A DNA stretch of 46,235 nucleotides from Candidatus Omnitrophota bacterium (GTDB lineage: Bacteria > Omnitrophota > Gorgyraeia > Zapsychrales > Zapsychraceae): NCBI GenBank assembly GCA_029567025.1, contig JAKQLT010000058.1, positions 1-46,235 of the forward strand. Reading direction: 5' to 3'. Below are positions 9,758 to 17,474 of this stretch, in pieces. A program made the translations under genes and the position numbers. Under the pieces are notes generated by a model. The model made no database searches and was not told the origin of the DNA. It saw nothing but the letters and a program-made list of their open reading frames with translations. Position 1 is the stretch's first letter. The number at the start of each line of letters is the position of its first letter.

Positions 9758-10295
9758 CGTTCTCATTCCTTTCTTTTAACATCTTAACAGCCGTTGGAAT
9801 TAAAACCACATATAAAACCTTTCCTTCCATGGCTGGTGCTTTTTCTGGCGTCCCATACATAGCCGTATCTTTTAAAACGCGTTCAAGAATTTCTCGACCT
9901 AATTCCTGATGCATCATTTCACGGCCACGATAAAACATATTCACTTTCACTTTATCTTTTTTCTCTAAAAATCCGATAATCTGGCGCAGCTTCACCTGAT
10001 AATCGCCTTCTCCAATATGCGGCTTTAAACGAATCTGTTTTAAATGGACCACATGCTGATTTTTCTTAATCCGTCGCTCTTTTTTCTCCTGATCATATTT
10101 ATATTTGCTGAAATCCATAATACGACAAACCGGCGGTTTTGCTGTCGGAGAAATTTCGACAAGGTCCAATTCATTTTCAACAGCCAAATCAATAGCGCGA
10201 CGAATACCCACAACACCTAATTGCTCCCCTTCGGGACCAATCACTCGAACTTCAGAAGCTCGAATTTTTTCGTTTATACGGACATACTTTTGAAT
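9735..10295 (-). CDS. infC: Translation initiation factor IF-3, ATT (AUU) start codon
   Basis: Extending the track ORF in frame gives IQKYVRINEKIRASEVRVIGPEGEQLGV.., the conserved IF-3 N-terminus. It begins at ATT (10293-10295), 7 nt after AGGAGGT. An AUU start is the classic infC autoregulatory feature. Confidence 0.9.
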   Translation of the reverse strand: MQKYVRINEKIRASEVRVIGPEGEQLGVVGIRRAIDLAVENELDLVEISPTAKPPVCRIMDFSKYKYDQEKKERRIKKNQHVVHLKQIRLKPHIGEGDYQVKLRQIIGFLEKKDKVKVNMFYRGREMMHQELGREILERVLKDTAMYGTPEKAPAMEGKVLYVVLIPTAVKMLKERNENDAEIENE

Positions 10296-10309
10296 GGCGA
10301 CACCTCCTG

Positions 10310-12058
10310 TTAAAATTGTTTATTCTTAATCTCTTGATCTAAATCCTGGATAAACTGTTCAAAAGAAATTATTTTTTGTTCTCCTTGTGCAGAATATTTC
10401 CTAACTGCTACGGTTTGTTCTTGGGCTTCTTTATCGCCCACGACTAAAATATAAGGAATTTTCTTAACGGTATTTTCCCGAATGCGTTTATTCAAACTTT
10501 CATTTCTATCATCCATTATAACCCGCACATTATTATTTTGTAAATCTTGTTTTATTTTTATTGCATAATTATAATGCGTATCTTTTATCGGAATAATCGC
10601 TACCTGCACAGGCGCCAGCCATGACGGAAACGCGCCGCCATAATGTTCAATCAAAGTTCCGAAAAAACGCTCAATGCTTCCAAAAATCGCACGATGAATC
10701 ATAATCGGACGCTTCGCCGTTCCATCCTCCGCTATATATTTTAAATCAAAACGTTCGGGAAGCGCGAAGTCACATTGTATCGTCGAGCATTGCCATAAAC
10801 GATTTAAGGCATCCCGCAATTTAAAATCTATTTTTGGTCCGTAAAAGGCGCCCTCTCCCTCATGAACAGTATAAACCAAATTTTTTTCCTTCAAGGCTTC
10901 TTGTAAAGCTTGTGTCGCTAAATCCCAATTATCGACTTTTCCAATAAATTTTTCCGGCCGCGTGCTTAATTCAATATCAATATTTTTAAAACCAAAATCT
11001 TTCATCACATCAAAAACATAATCAATAACGCCTTTGATTTCTTCTTTGACTTGATCTTCTCGACAGAAAATATGCGCGTCATCTTGCGTAAACCCGCGCA
11101 CGCGTAAAAGCCCATGAAGAACGCCGGCTTTTTCATAACGATAAACTGTTCCTAATTCCGCCATGCGTAACGGCATCTCCCGATAAGAATGCATCGAAGA
11201 ATTATAAATAAGCATATGACCCGGGCAATTCATCGGCTTAACCGCGAATTCTTCGTTATCAATCTCTAAAAAATACATATTGTCACGATAATAACCCATA
11301 TGCCCGCTTTGTTGCCACAATTTTCCTTTTAACACATGGGGCGTGATAACCGGTTGATACCCTCGACGAATATTTTGAGCATAAATATAATCTTCAATAA
11401 TCTTCCGGACAATCGCGCCGTTGGTATGATAAAACACGAGCCCGCCGCCGGCGGTTTCATGATAAAAATTAAAAAGGTCTAATTGTTTTCCCAAAACACG
11501 ATGATCGCGTTTTTTCGCTTCTTCTAACACGGTCAAATATTTTTGCAATTCTTCTTTTGTTGCAAAACACGTGCCGTAAATCCTCTGCAAACTTTCACGC
11601 TTTTCATCACCACGCCAATAGGCGCCAGCCACAGACAATAATTTAAACGCTTTTATCTCGCCCGTATAAGACACATGCGGGCCTTTACATAAATCCACAA
11701 ACGCATTATCGCCCGTGGTATAAATAGACACATTTTCATCTTCCAAATTTTCAACTAATTCAACTTTATATTTTTCACCTTGTGCATTAAAAAATTTTAT
11801 CGCTTCCGCCTTCTTCATAAAACTTTGCACAATAGGCAAATTTTTATTAATGATTTTCTGCATAGCTTTCTCAATAAGTTTTAAATCCTCATCAAGAAAC
11901 GGTTCTTTTTTATCAAAATCATAATAAAAACCGTCGTCAATAGCAGGACCTATCGCAACTTTAACATCCGGCCACAACTCTTTAACTGCTTGCGCCATAA
12001 TATGCGAACAGCTATGCCGTATTGTTTGTAAATCAAAAATCAGGGGTGTCATAGTCAT
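10310..12058 (-). CDS. thrS: Threonine--tRNA ligase (no N-terminal TGS domain)
   Basis: The editing-domain motif HSCSHIMAQAV is already at about residue 18, followed by the class II core and an anticodon-binding C-terminus. Start is uncertain: ATG 12058 or 12052, versus TTG 12067 in the track. Confidence 0.93.
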   Translation of the reverse strand: MTMTPLIFDLQTIRHSCSHIMAQAVKELWPDVKVAIGPAIDDGFYYDFDKKEPFLDEDLKLIEKAMQKIINKNLPIVQSFMKKAEAIKFFNAQGEKYKVELVENLEDENVSIYTTGDNAFVDLCKGPHVSYTGEIKAFKLLSVAGAYWRGDEKRESLQRIYGTCFATKEELQKYLTVLEEAKKRDHRVLGKQLDLFNFYHETAGGGLVFYHTNGAIVRKIIEDYIYAQNIRRGYQPVITPHVLKGKLWQQSGHMGYYRDNMYFLEIDNEEFAVKPMNCPGHMLIYNSSMHSYREMPLRMAELGTVYRYEKAGVLHGLLRVRGFTQDDAHIFCREDQVKEEIKGVIDYVFDVMKDFGFKNIDIELSTRPEKFIGKVDNWDLATQALQEALKEKNLVYTVHEGEGAFYGPKIDFKLRDALNRLWQCSTIQCDFALPERFDLKYIAEDGTAKRPIMIHRAIFGSIERFFGTLIEHYGGAFPSWLAPVQVAIIPIKDTHYNYAIKIKQDLQNNNVRVIMDDRNESLNKRIRENTVKKIPYILVVGDKEAQEQTVAVRKYSAQGEQKIISFEQFIQDLDQEIKNKQF

Positions 12059-12063
12059 ATTCT

Positions 12064-12558
12064 TCAAGGAAGATATTTTGCTTTGAAATTTCCAACGGAC
12101 AATCGATATAATTCACGTTCAATAGCTTTATTCTCTATAACGCCCAACAAATAAACAGTGCCGCGCGCGTTTAAAAGGCCGTCGTCTTCTATGCGTCTGA
12201 TAGCGGTAAGGAAATAAGACTGCGCGAATTCAGGGACAAATAATTCCCATTGGCCTAATCGACGATTCATGCTTTTAATTTGGCTGATCAATCCTTTCAT
12301 CGCTTTCGTAGGCCCTATCGTGGAACGAAAAGAATTCGCGGTCAGATCAGAGATGATCCCTTGAGGGGGCGTATAAAAAACTTCCGCATTATATTTTTCT
12401 CGATATTCATTAGCAACTTTAACAGACACATGTTCTCTTAAAATCACAAAACGCCTATTAGAAGTTTCTCCTATCAGTTGTTCTTCGTGGTAAACACTTG
12501 CACAACCATAAAAGAAAAGACACATTATAAGTAACATTTTAATAATTTTTTTATTCAT
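12064..12558 (-). CDS. Hypothetical lipoprotein
   Basis: Internal ATG at 12558 preceded by AAGGGTGG. MNKKIIKMLLIMCLFFYGC has a signal peptide with a lipobox Cys. No family recognised. Confidence 0.55.
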   Translation of the reverse strand: MNKKIIKMLLIMCLFFYGCASVYHEEQLIGETSNRRFVILREHVSVKVANEYREKYNAEVFYTPPQGIISDLTANSFRSTIGPTKAMKGLISQIKSMNRRLGQWELFVPEFAQSYFLTAIRRIEDDGLLNARGTVYLLGVIENKAIERELYRLSVGNFKAKYLP

Positions 12559-12678
12559 AAAAACCACCCTTTTTAATATTCCCGTATCTAAAACTTTTGG
12601 TGATCTCATTTCGTTTTTCATTTAAATCTTTTCTCAAAAAACGAAGAACCTGTCATATGTCCCGTATCCAAAAATTTC

Positions 12679-12704
12679 TGGTGGGCTCATGAGGACTCGA
12701 ACCT
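12679..12704 (-). pseudogene. Truncated copy of the tRNA-Val 3' end (26 nt) with duplicated downstream flank
   Basis: tggtgggctcatgaggactcgaacct is identical to 12811-12836. The flanking similarity (gtatccRaaaatttc, aaacgaaga) extends the repeat to about 65 nt (12640-12704 versus 12772-12836). Confidence 0.85.
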
Positions 12705-12810
12705 TTTGGCGTTCCTAACAAAAATAATGGAAGCCAAACTTCGTTTCCTTTTCTGATTTTCTATTGTAGGAAAACGAAGAGACCTCTTAAAGCTCGTATC
12801 CGAAAATTTC

Positions 12811-12887
12811 TGGTGGGCTCATGAGGACTCGAACCTCAGACCTCTTCCATGTCAAGGAAGCGCTCTAACCAACTGAGCTATGAGCCC
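12811..12887 (-). tRNA. tRNA-Val (anticodon GAC), CCA encoded
   Basis: The reverse complement gggctcatagctcagttggttagagcgcttccttGACatggaagaggtctgaggttcgagtcctcatgagcccacca folds as a cloverleaf with a 7-bp acceptor stem and a TTCGAGT T-loop. Confidence 0.93.
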
Positions 12888-12897
12888 TAAAAAACTA

Positions 12898-12980
12898 TGG
12901 GCAAGGAGGGAGTCGAACCCTCACGGCCTTGCAGCCACAGGATTTTAAGTCCTGCGTGTATGCCATTCCACCACTTGCCC
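12898..12980 (-). tRNA. tRNA-Leu (anticodon UAA), long variable arm
   Basis: The reverse complement gggcaagtggtggaatgg...caggactTAAaatcctgtggctgcaaggccgtgagggttcgactccctccttgccca has a type II variable arm. No CCA is encoded. Confidence 0.9.
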
Positions 12981-12991
12981 AATGAGCGCTA

Positions 12992-13023
12992 AATTTATGG
13001 AGCCGAAACGGCGAACATAAATT
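12992..13023. repeat. Left arm of a ~30-bp inverted repeat bounding the tRNA-Leu/tRNA-Cys spacer
   Basis: aatttatggagccgaaacggcgaacataaatt matches the reverse complement of 13387-13416 (aatttatggagccaaaggcgaacataaatt) apart from two 1-nt indels. Confidence 0.85.
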
Positions 13024-13030
13024 TAATGCG

Positions 13031-13103
13031 CGAATTGGACCCCCAAAGGGGGCCCAATGATTCATACATTTTTTCGAATTGGATCCCCAAAGGGGACCCA
13101 ATG
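13031..13103. repeat. Two copies of a 29-nt GC-rich palindromic hairpin unit
   Basis: cgaattggacccccaaagggggcccaatg (13031-13059) and cgaattggatccccaaaggggacccaatg (13075-13103). Each is a ~11-bp stem with an AAA loop. Confidence 0.85.
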
Positions 13104-13194
13104 GCAAATATTTTTTAAAAGAACCGAAATTTATATTTTAAAACTAACCCTAAAAACCCTATTGTTATGCTAACTTTCATCGCACTCAAACAAA

Positions 13195-13253
13195 ATATAT
13201 TCATTACGCTTCGAGTTCGTCGAAGTAAATTCGAACATATAATTTATGTTCGC
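13195..13253. repeat. 59-nt direct repeat, copy 1
   Basis: atatattcattacgcttcgagttcgtcgaagtaaattcgaacatataatttatgttcgc. Three differences from copy 2. It contains two internal palindromes (cttcga..tcgaag and gaacat..atgttc). Confidence 0.85.
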
Positions 13254-13340
13254 TAACGATACCAAAAAATTTTATTATTATCCTGACTGCGTCAAGATCC
13301 AATTCGCACGTATCATTTACGCCGCTAAGGTTTTAAAAAA

Positions 13341-13399
13341 ATATATCTATTACGCTTCGACTTCGTCGAAGTAAATTCGAACATATAATTTATGTTCGC
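13341..13399. repeat. 59-nt direct repeat, copy 2 (overlaps the right inverted-repeat arm)
   Basis: atatatctattacgcttcgacttcgtcgaagtaaattcgaacatataatttatgttcgc, offset 146 nt from copy 1. Confidence 0.85.
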
Positions 13400-13416
13400 C
13401 TTTGGCTCCATAAATT
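13387..13416. repeat. Right arm of the ~30-bp inverted repeat
   Basis: aatttatgttcgcctttggctccataaatt ends 13 nt from the tRNA-Cys 3' end. The left arm starts 12 nt from the tRNA-Leu 5' end. Confidence 0.85.
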
Positions 13417-13429
13417 ATGTTCTCATTTA

Positions 13430-13500
13430 AGGCGTGGACCGGAATCGAACCGGTGTAAAAGGTTTTGCAGACCTCTGCCTAACCTCTTGGCTACCACGCC
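13430..13500 (-). tRNA. tRNA-Cys (anticodon GCA)
   Basis: The reverse complement ggcgtggtagccaagaggttaggcagaggtctGCAaaaccttttacaccggttcgattccggtccacgcct forms a cloverleaf with a U discriminator. No CCA is encoded. Confidence 0.9.
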
Positions 13501-13586
13501 ATATAAAAAATATTCTTTTGAGCGTTGTCCCTTTAGGGGCTACCACGCCATATAAAAAATATTCTTTTAAGCATTGTCCTTTTAAG
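13489..13586. repeat. Tandem 49-nt duplication: first 12 nt of tRNA-Cys plus its upstream (promoter) flank
   Basis: ggctaccacgccatataaaaaatattcttttgagcgttgtccctttagg (13489-13537) versus ggctaccacgccatataaaaaatattcttttaagcattgtccttttaag (13538-13586), about 4 mismatches. Confidence 0.85.
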
Positions 13587-13602
13587 AACTCTGCGCCGTT
13601 AA

Positions 13603-14148
13603 TTATTTAAAAGAACGCTCAACTTCTTTTACAATTTCTTCTTCCGACGCAATATGACCGACACCTTTTGTGCCGCACGCTAAATCGCCTTTTACTGGAC
13701 CAACAAATTTTATTCCATTTTTCTCTAACTTTTTTACATTCTCTTGAAAAATTTTATTCGTATACATCCCTTCATTCATTGCCGGAGCTATAACAATTTT
13801 CGCTTTTGTGGCCAATGTAATACACGTTAAAAGATCATCTGCTAACCCGCACGCTATTTTTGAAATCACATTCGCTGTTGCCGGCGCAATCACAACCGCA
13901 TCCGCACTTTGAGCCAAATCCACATGCTCTATATCCCATGAACTACCATCATTTTCAAACATATCCTGATAAACTTTATTTTGAGATAAACGCGATAACG
14001 TCAACGGCGTAATAAATTTTTTCGCCTCTTGCGTCATCACGACGGAAACCTTATACCTTTTTTTCATAAAAAGCCGCACTAATTCCGCGGCTTTATATGC
14101 CGCAATACTTCCTGTCACTCCCAAAATAATATGTCTTAATTTATTCAC
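13603..14148 (-). CDS. coaC: Phosphopantothenoylcysteine decarboxylase (stand-alone CoaC flavoprotein)
   Basis: 181 aa. ILGVTGSIAAYKAAELVR, APATANVISKIACGLADDLL and PAMN motifs match the flavoprotein half of Dfp/CoaBC. No CoaB half follows. The start overlaps the rpoZ stop (ATGA). Confidence 0.85.
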   Translation of the reverse strand: MNKLRHIILGVTGSIAAYKAAELVRLFMKKRYKVSVVMTQEAKKFITPLTLSRLSQNKVYQDMFENDGSSWDIEHVDLAQSADAVVIAPATANVISKIACGLADDLLTCITLATKAKIVIAPAMNEGMYTNKIFQENVKKLEKNGIKFVGPVKGDLACGTKGVGHIASEEEIVKEVERSFK

Positions 14149-14399
14149 GATTCGGTTTCTTTAGAGGTTGTTTCTTCTTCGGTGGACTCTGCTAATTGGT
14201 CGCTTGATTCTTTAGCTACAACGCGCCCTATCGCAATTTCTTTTAAAGCCACCGATGTCAAGGCATCTGTTGGCGTCGACGGAACTAAACTTCGTTTCCC
14301 TTCAGAAAGCTCCAAAGCCCTTGAAGCCGCAAGTCTTACTAATTTATAAACACTACCGTTTGCTTTGGGTAAAAGATTTTCTAATGATTGATAGTCCAT
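14145..14399 (-). CDS. rpoZ: DNA-directed RNA polymerase subunit omega
   Basis: ATG at 14399 after AAGGGG. MDYQSLENLLPKANGSVYKLVRLAASRALEL.. is a typical omega N-terminus, followed by an acidic tail. The track ORF start at 14483 is an extension. Confidence 0.85.
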   Translation of the reverse strand: MDYQSLENLLPKANGSVYKLVRLAASRALELSEGKRSLVPSTPTDALTSVALKEIAIGRVVAKESSDQLAESTEEETTSKETES

Positions 14400-14557
14400 A
14401 CGCCCCTTTTTAAAAATAAATGTTATATTATTGATTAAATATAAATAGGGATAATATATATCATATATTATTAGGCTTGTCAAAAGACTTATTCGGGCGA
14501 GAAAAAAACAATCTCATAGTTATCAAATGAGAAATGCCTATAAAAACACGTAAAACA

Positions 14558-17287
14558 TCAAGTGACGTTCGGGCCTTCTTTAAACAATTCTGTTAAAATC
14601 GGCAACGTCGTTATAGGTACAATCTCAATAATAACCGGCACAAAACCTTCTACTTGAATATTTTCCACATCCTGCATTTCGAGCGGCAAAACCACGCCAT
14701 TGCCATCACGTTTAATCTGCATATTCAAATTCGCCGGATTAAGGTCAATACCACCAACTTTGTCTTGTGTTATTGTTGGCTGTTGTGCGATAACAGCATT
14801 ATCGCCAGGTTGATCTAAAACTTTCTGTAACGAATAACTGTTTTTTACTGATGATAAATATAAATTAATATGTTCTAAATATTTTCTTGATGAATCATCC
14901 ATAAATGGTTTAGATAAAGCTTGAGTAACAATTGTTATATCGTTTTCTAAATCACCCAGCTTACCTGAAAAACCAAATAATGCCTTACCTTTAATATTAT
15001 TTTGCGCAACGTAATCAAGTGTGGCTTTTTGAAAATCGCCAATTTCAGTTACTCTGCCTAAGCCTACACTGTGTATCATCTCTTTAAGACGCCTATTACC
15101 AATATGATCCGCCGTATTTTGAGCGGCTTCATTTTCTTCTGATAAATTTTCTATTACTCTCGAAAATACTTCATTTATTGTAATATCCGTTCCTTTTTTC
15201 CATGGGAAATTTGTAATAACAAGTGAATATTTTTTTGGCAATTCTGAAAAAGACGCTGGAGATATTCTATCAACCCCATATAAAGTACCAATAATAGTTT
15301 TAACAACATCTATGGGCATATTTAATTTCTTCGCTATTGTAGGAACCATTTTAAATCGTAAAATATCTGACCGCCTATTAAGCTCACGCTGTCTTTCAAG
15401 TATTTCTTTGTTTGTCATTTCATTTTTAGGCTTCAAAAGCTTAGGTTTATTTTGTGTAATTAAAAATAATGACTGCAACTTTTCAGGCACAGACAAAAGA
15501 TTATCTTCTACATAACTAATAGGATATCCTGAATGATGCAAACAGGTCATCAAAGCAAAAGCTTCAGCTTCTTCGCTTGCAAATCCTACGTTCATAAATT
15601 GTTTTTTAATTTCTGGAAATCCTGTAACAGCATGAGCTAAAATTATCATTAAAGGATGTGATTGATTTTTTTCAATCCAATTATAACCTTCTTCTGCTAA
15701 GAAAGACCGCGTATATCGATCATAGCCTAAATATCTGCCAAATGTGTTTAATGTTTCTATGATTTGTGTTTTATTTTCAGCAATATATTGCTTAATATTG
15801 CTGGATTTTCCGTAATCATGATTAGCAACTGATGTTTTAATTATTAAGGCCTGGTTTCTAGAAAAATATCCCAATTTTTCTAATTCATCAACAATGCCTA
15901 ATTCTACAAGAACATGGCGTGTATCATTCTCATCATATCCTAATTTTCCCTTTACTATGTTGTTTATTGTTTTTGTAATCGCCTTACTTATCGTTTGTGT
16001 TCTTGTCATTTTTGAAAAAGGATCAGCTTCTTTTGGTATTAAATTTGGATTTTTATTTCCGTCCCAAACAGGCTTGACAGAGGCATTTCTTGTTGCTGAA
16101 GGCTCTTTAAAATCTCCTCTGACGCGTTGTTTCCTTCCTTGTTTTGTATCCGATAAAAATCTTCCTCTAGAATCTCGAGGAATTCTATTAGGATCTTTAA
16201 CGGTTGCTACCTTTTCCGTCAACATCGCTGAATCAAACCCGCCGGAAAAATATTTCTTTGGCACAATGGATTTTGTTTTCGGGTCGTAATCTTCCTTAAT
16301 ATAATTGTAAACGCCTTTTTTAAATGCCTCGACATATTGATTAAAAATCTTTTTATTAACTGTTTTATCGTCGAGATCAACGCCTTTGGTCTTGCTTTTA
16401 TCCGCGTAAATTTTTCCCAACAAACTTTCTTTTAAAGCTTTTTTATACCAGGTCGCCATAATCATGGCGCTGTAAATTTGGCGCAGTTGAGCGAAATTTT
16501 TTCCTTCATTCACCTCTTGTTCGATAGCCGGAATAATAACTTCACGCATCACTTCCGACGATAATTTGCTTAATTTATCCGCATCGCTTAACGATAAATC
16601 GCGCGTTTTCATCTGATCAGTTAAAGAATTATGCTGAAGCGCCACGTAATCATCCTCGAGCATCACTTTTAAACGGCTGTCAATGATAAGTGCGGTATTA
16701 TCTTTTTCAAAAATCAAAGCGATATCCGGGACAATCCATACCTTATTAAAAGTATCCACCGGAATATCGCTTAATCCAAAAAGGTCATACGCTTTTTTAT
16801 AAACTTTATCCCAGAACTTTTTTCCCAAACCAGATTCTGGATAAATCAAAGAAGACGTGATTTGTTTCAACAAATAATCTTGGGCTAAAAGATCGCGCCC
16901 CATTTCAGTGGTGCCGAAATCTTCAGAAATAATACGATTTTTTTCATACGGCGATAAGTTGACCCAGAGATTTTCTTCAGGAATTGTTAACGCGGCCAAA
17001 AAATATTTAATCATTTTTTCATATTCGCCTTTTAACGCCTCGCCGGATAATCCGGCATCACCTTTATCCATAATAAAATCAAAACGAAGGCCATTTTCCG
17101 GATGCACCGTAATCCCGCTCATCAAAGCCGGCATAAAAGACGGACTTAATGTGATCATGGTTCCTGGCTTAGGTAAAAATGCCACTTGCGCTGAAGCTGG
17201 CGGAATCACATAAGAAAAACTAAAAACAAAAAGCATAAACCAAATAATGGTTTTTTTGAAAAATTTCTTAAAATATTTATTGCCCAT
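14558..17287 (-). CDS. Large secreted hypothetical protein (909 aa) with internal HD-like motifs
   Basis: Signal peptide MGNKYFKKFFKKTIIWFMLFVFSFSYVIPPASA/QV. Central H458, NHDYGKS (490-491), H552 and LHHSGYP (584-589). C-terminal GGIDLNPANLNMQIKRDGNGVVLP motif. No family recognised with confidence. Confidence 0.75.
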   Translation of the reverse strand: MGNKYFKKFFKKTIIWFMLFVFSFSYVIPPASAQVAFLPKPGTMITLSPSFMPALMSGITVHPENGLRFDFIMDKGDAGLSGEALKGEYEKMIKYFLAALTIPEENLWVNLSPYEKNRIISEDFGTTEMGRDLLAQDYLLKQITSSLIYPESGLGKKFWDKVYKKAYDLFGLSDIPVDTFNKVWIVPDIALIFEKDNTALIIDSRLKVMLEDDYVALQHNSLTDQMKTRDLSLSDADKLSKLSSEVMREVIIPAIEQEVNEGKNFAQLRQIYSAMIMATWYKKALKESLLGKIYADKSKTKGVDLDDKTVNKKIFNQYVEAFKKGVYNYIKEDYDPKTKSIVPKKYFSGGFDSAMLTEKVATVKDPNRIPRDSRGRFLSDTKQGRKQRVRGDFKEPSATRNASVKPVWDGNKNPNLIPKEADPFSKMTRTQTISKAITKTINNIVKGKLGYDENDTRHVLVELGIVDELEKLGYFSRNQALIIKTSVANHDYGKSSNIKQYIAENKTQIIETLNTFGRYLGYDRYTRSFLAEEGYNWIEKNQSHPLMIILAHAVTGFPEIKKQFMNVGFASEEAEAFALMTCLHHSGYPISYVEDNLLSVPEKLQSLFLITQNKPKLLKPKNEMTNKEILERQRELNRRSDILRFKMVPTIAKKLNMPIDVVKTIIGTLYGVDRISPASFSELPKKYSLVITNFPWKKGTDITINEVFSRVIENLSEENEAAQNTADHIGNRRLKEMIHSVGLGRVTEIGDFQKATLDYVAQNNIKGKALFGFSGKLGDLENDITIVTQALSKPFMDDSSRKYLEHINLYLSSVKNSYSLQKVLDQPGDNAVIAQQPTITQDKVGGIDLNPANLNMQIKRDGNGVVLPLEMQDVENIQVEGFVPVIIEIVPITTLPILTELFKEGPNVT

Positions 17288-17437
17288 ATCTGCCCCCTTT
17301 TACAAAAATCTTTTTTAACAGCGCCTACATTCGATCAATACGCTAAAAAGCAAATTTTTAAAAACTCTTGTGGAAATCCCACAGTAATCCAAAAAATATT
17401 TTGAATTACTTGGGATGTTTTTTGGCGCCAAAACACC

Positions 17438-17474
17438 AAAAAACAAAAGCCTATTCCTTAAAATGGGAATAGGC
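17438..17474 (-). terminator. Rho-independent terminator (minus strand)
   Basis: Stem gcctattcc / ggaataggc (17449-17457 / 17466-17474). On the minus strand it is followed by TTTTGTTTTTT (A-rich 17438-17448 on plus). It lies about 310 nt below the gmk stop. Confidence 0.6.

Noticed and set aside
12640-12837. Possible integrated mobile element flanked by tRNA-Val att repeats
   Set aside because: Only about 106 nt lies between the duplicated tRNA ends, and there is no integrase or cargo. At most this is a scar, so I report it as a duplication and not as a mobile element.
12895-13107. 70-aa minus-strand ORF in the tRNA cluster
   Set aside because: It reads straight through tRNA-Leu and the two GC-rich hairpin repeats, which explains the repeated GPxxxP-type peptide. 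It is an artefact of structured RNA and repeat DNA.
12990-13600. Possible CRISPR array suggested by multiple short repeats
   Set aside because: The repeats belong to different families (29-nt, 59-nt and 49-nt units plus an inverted pair) with only two copies each and irregular spacing. There is no uniform repeat-spacer periodicity and there are no cas genes.
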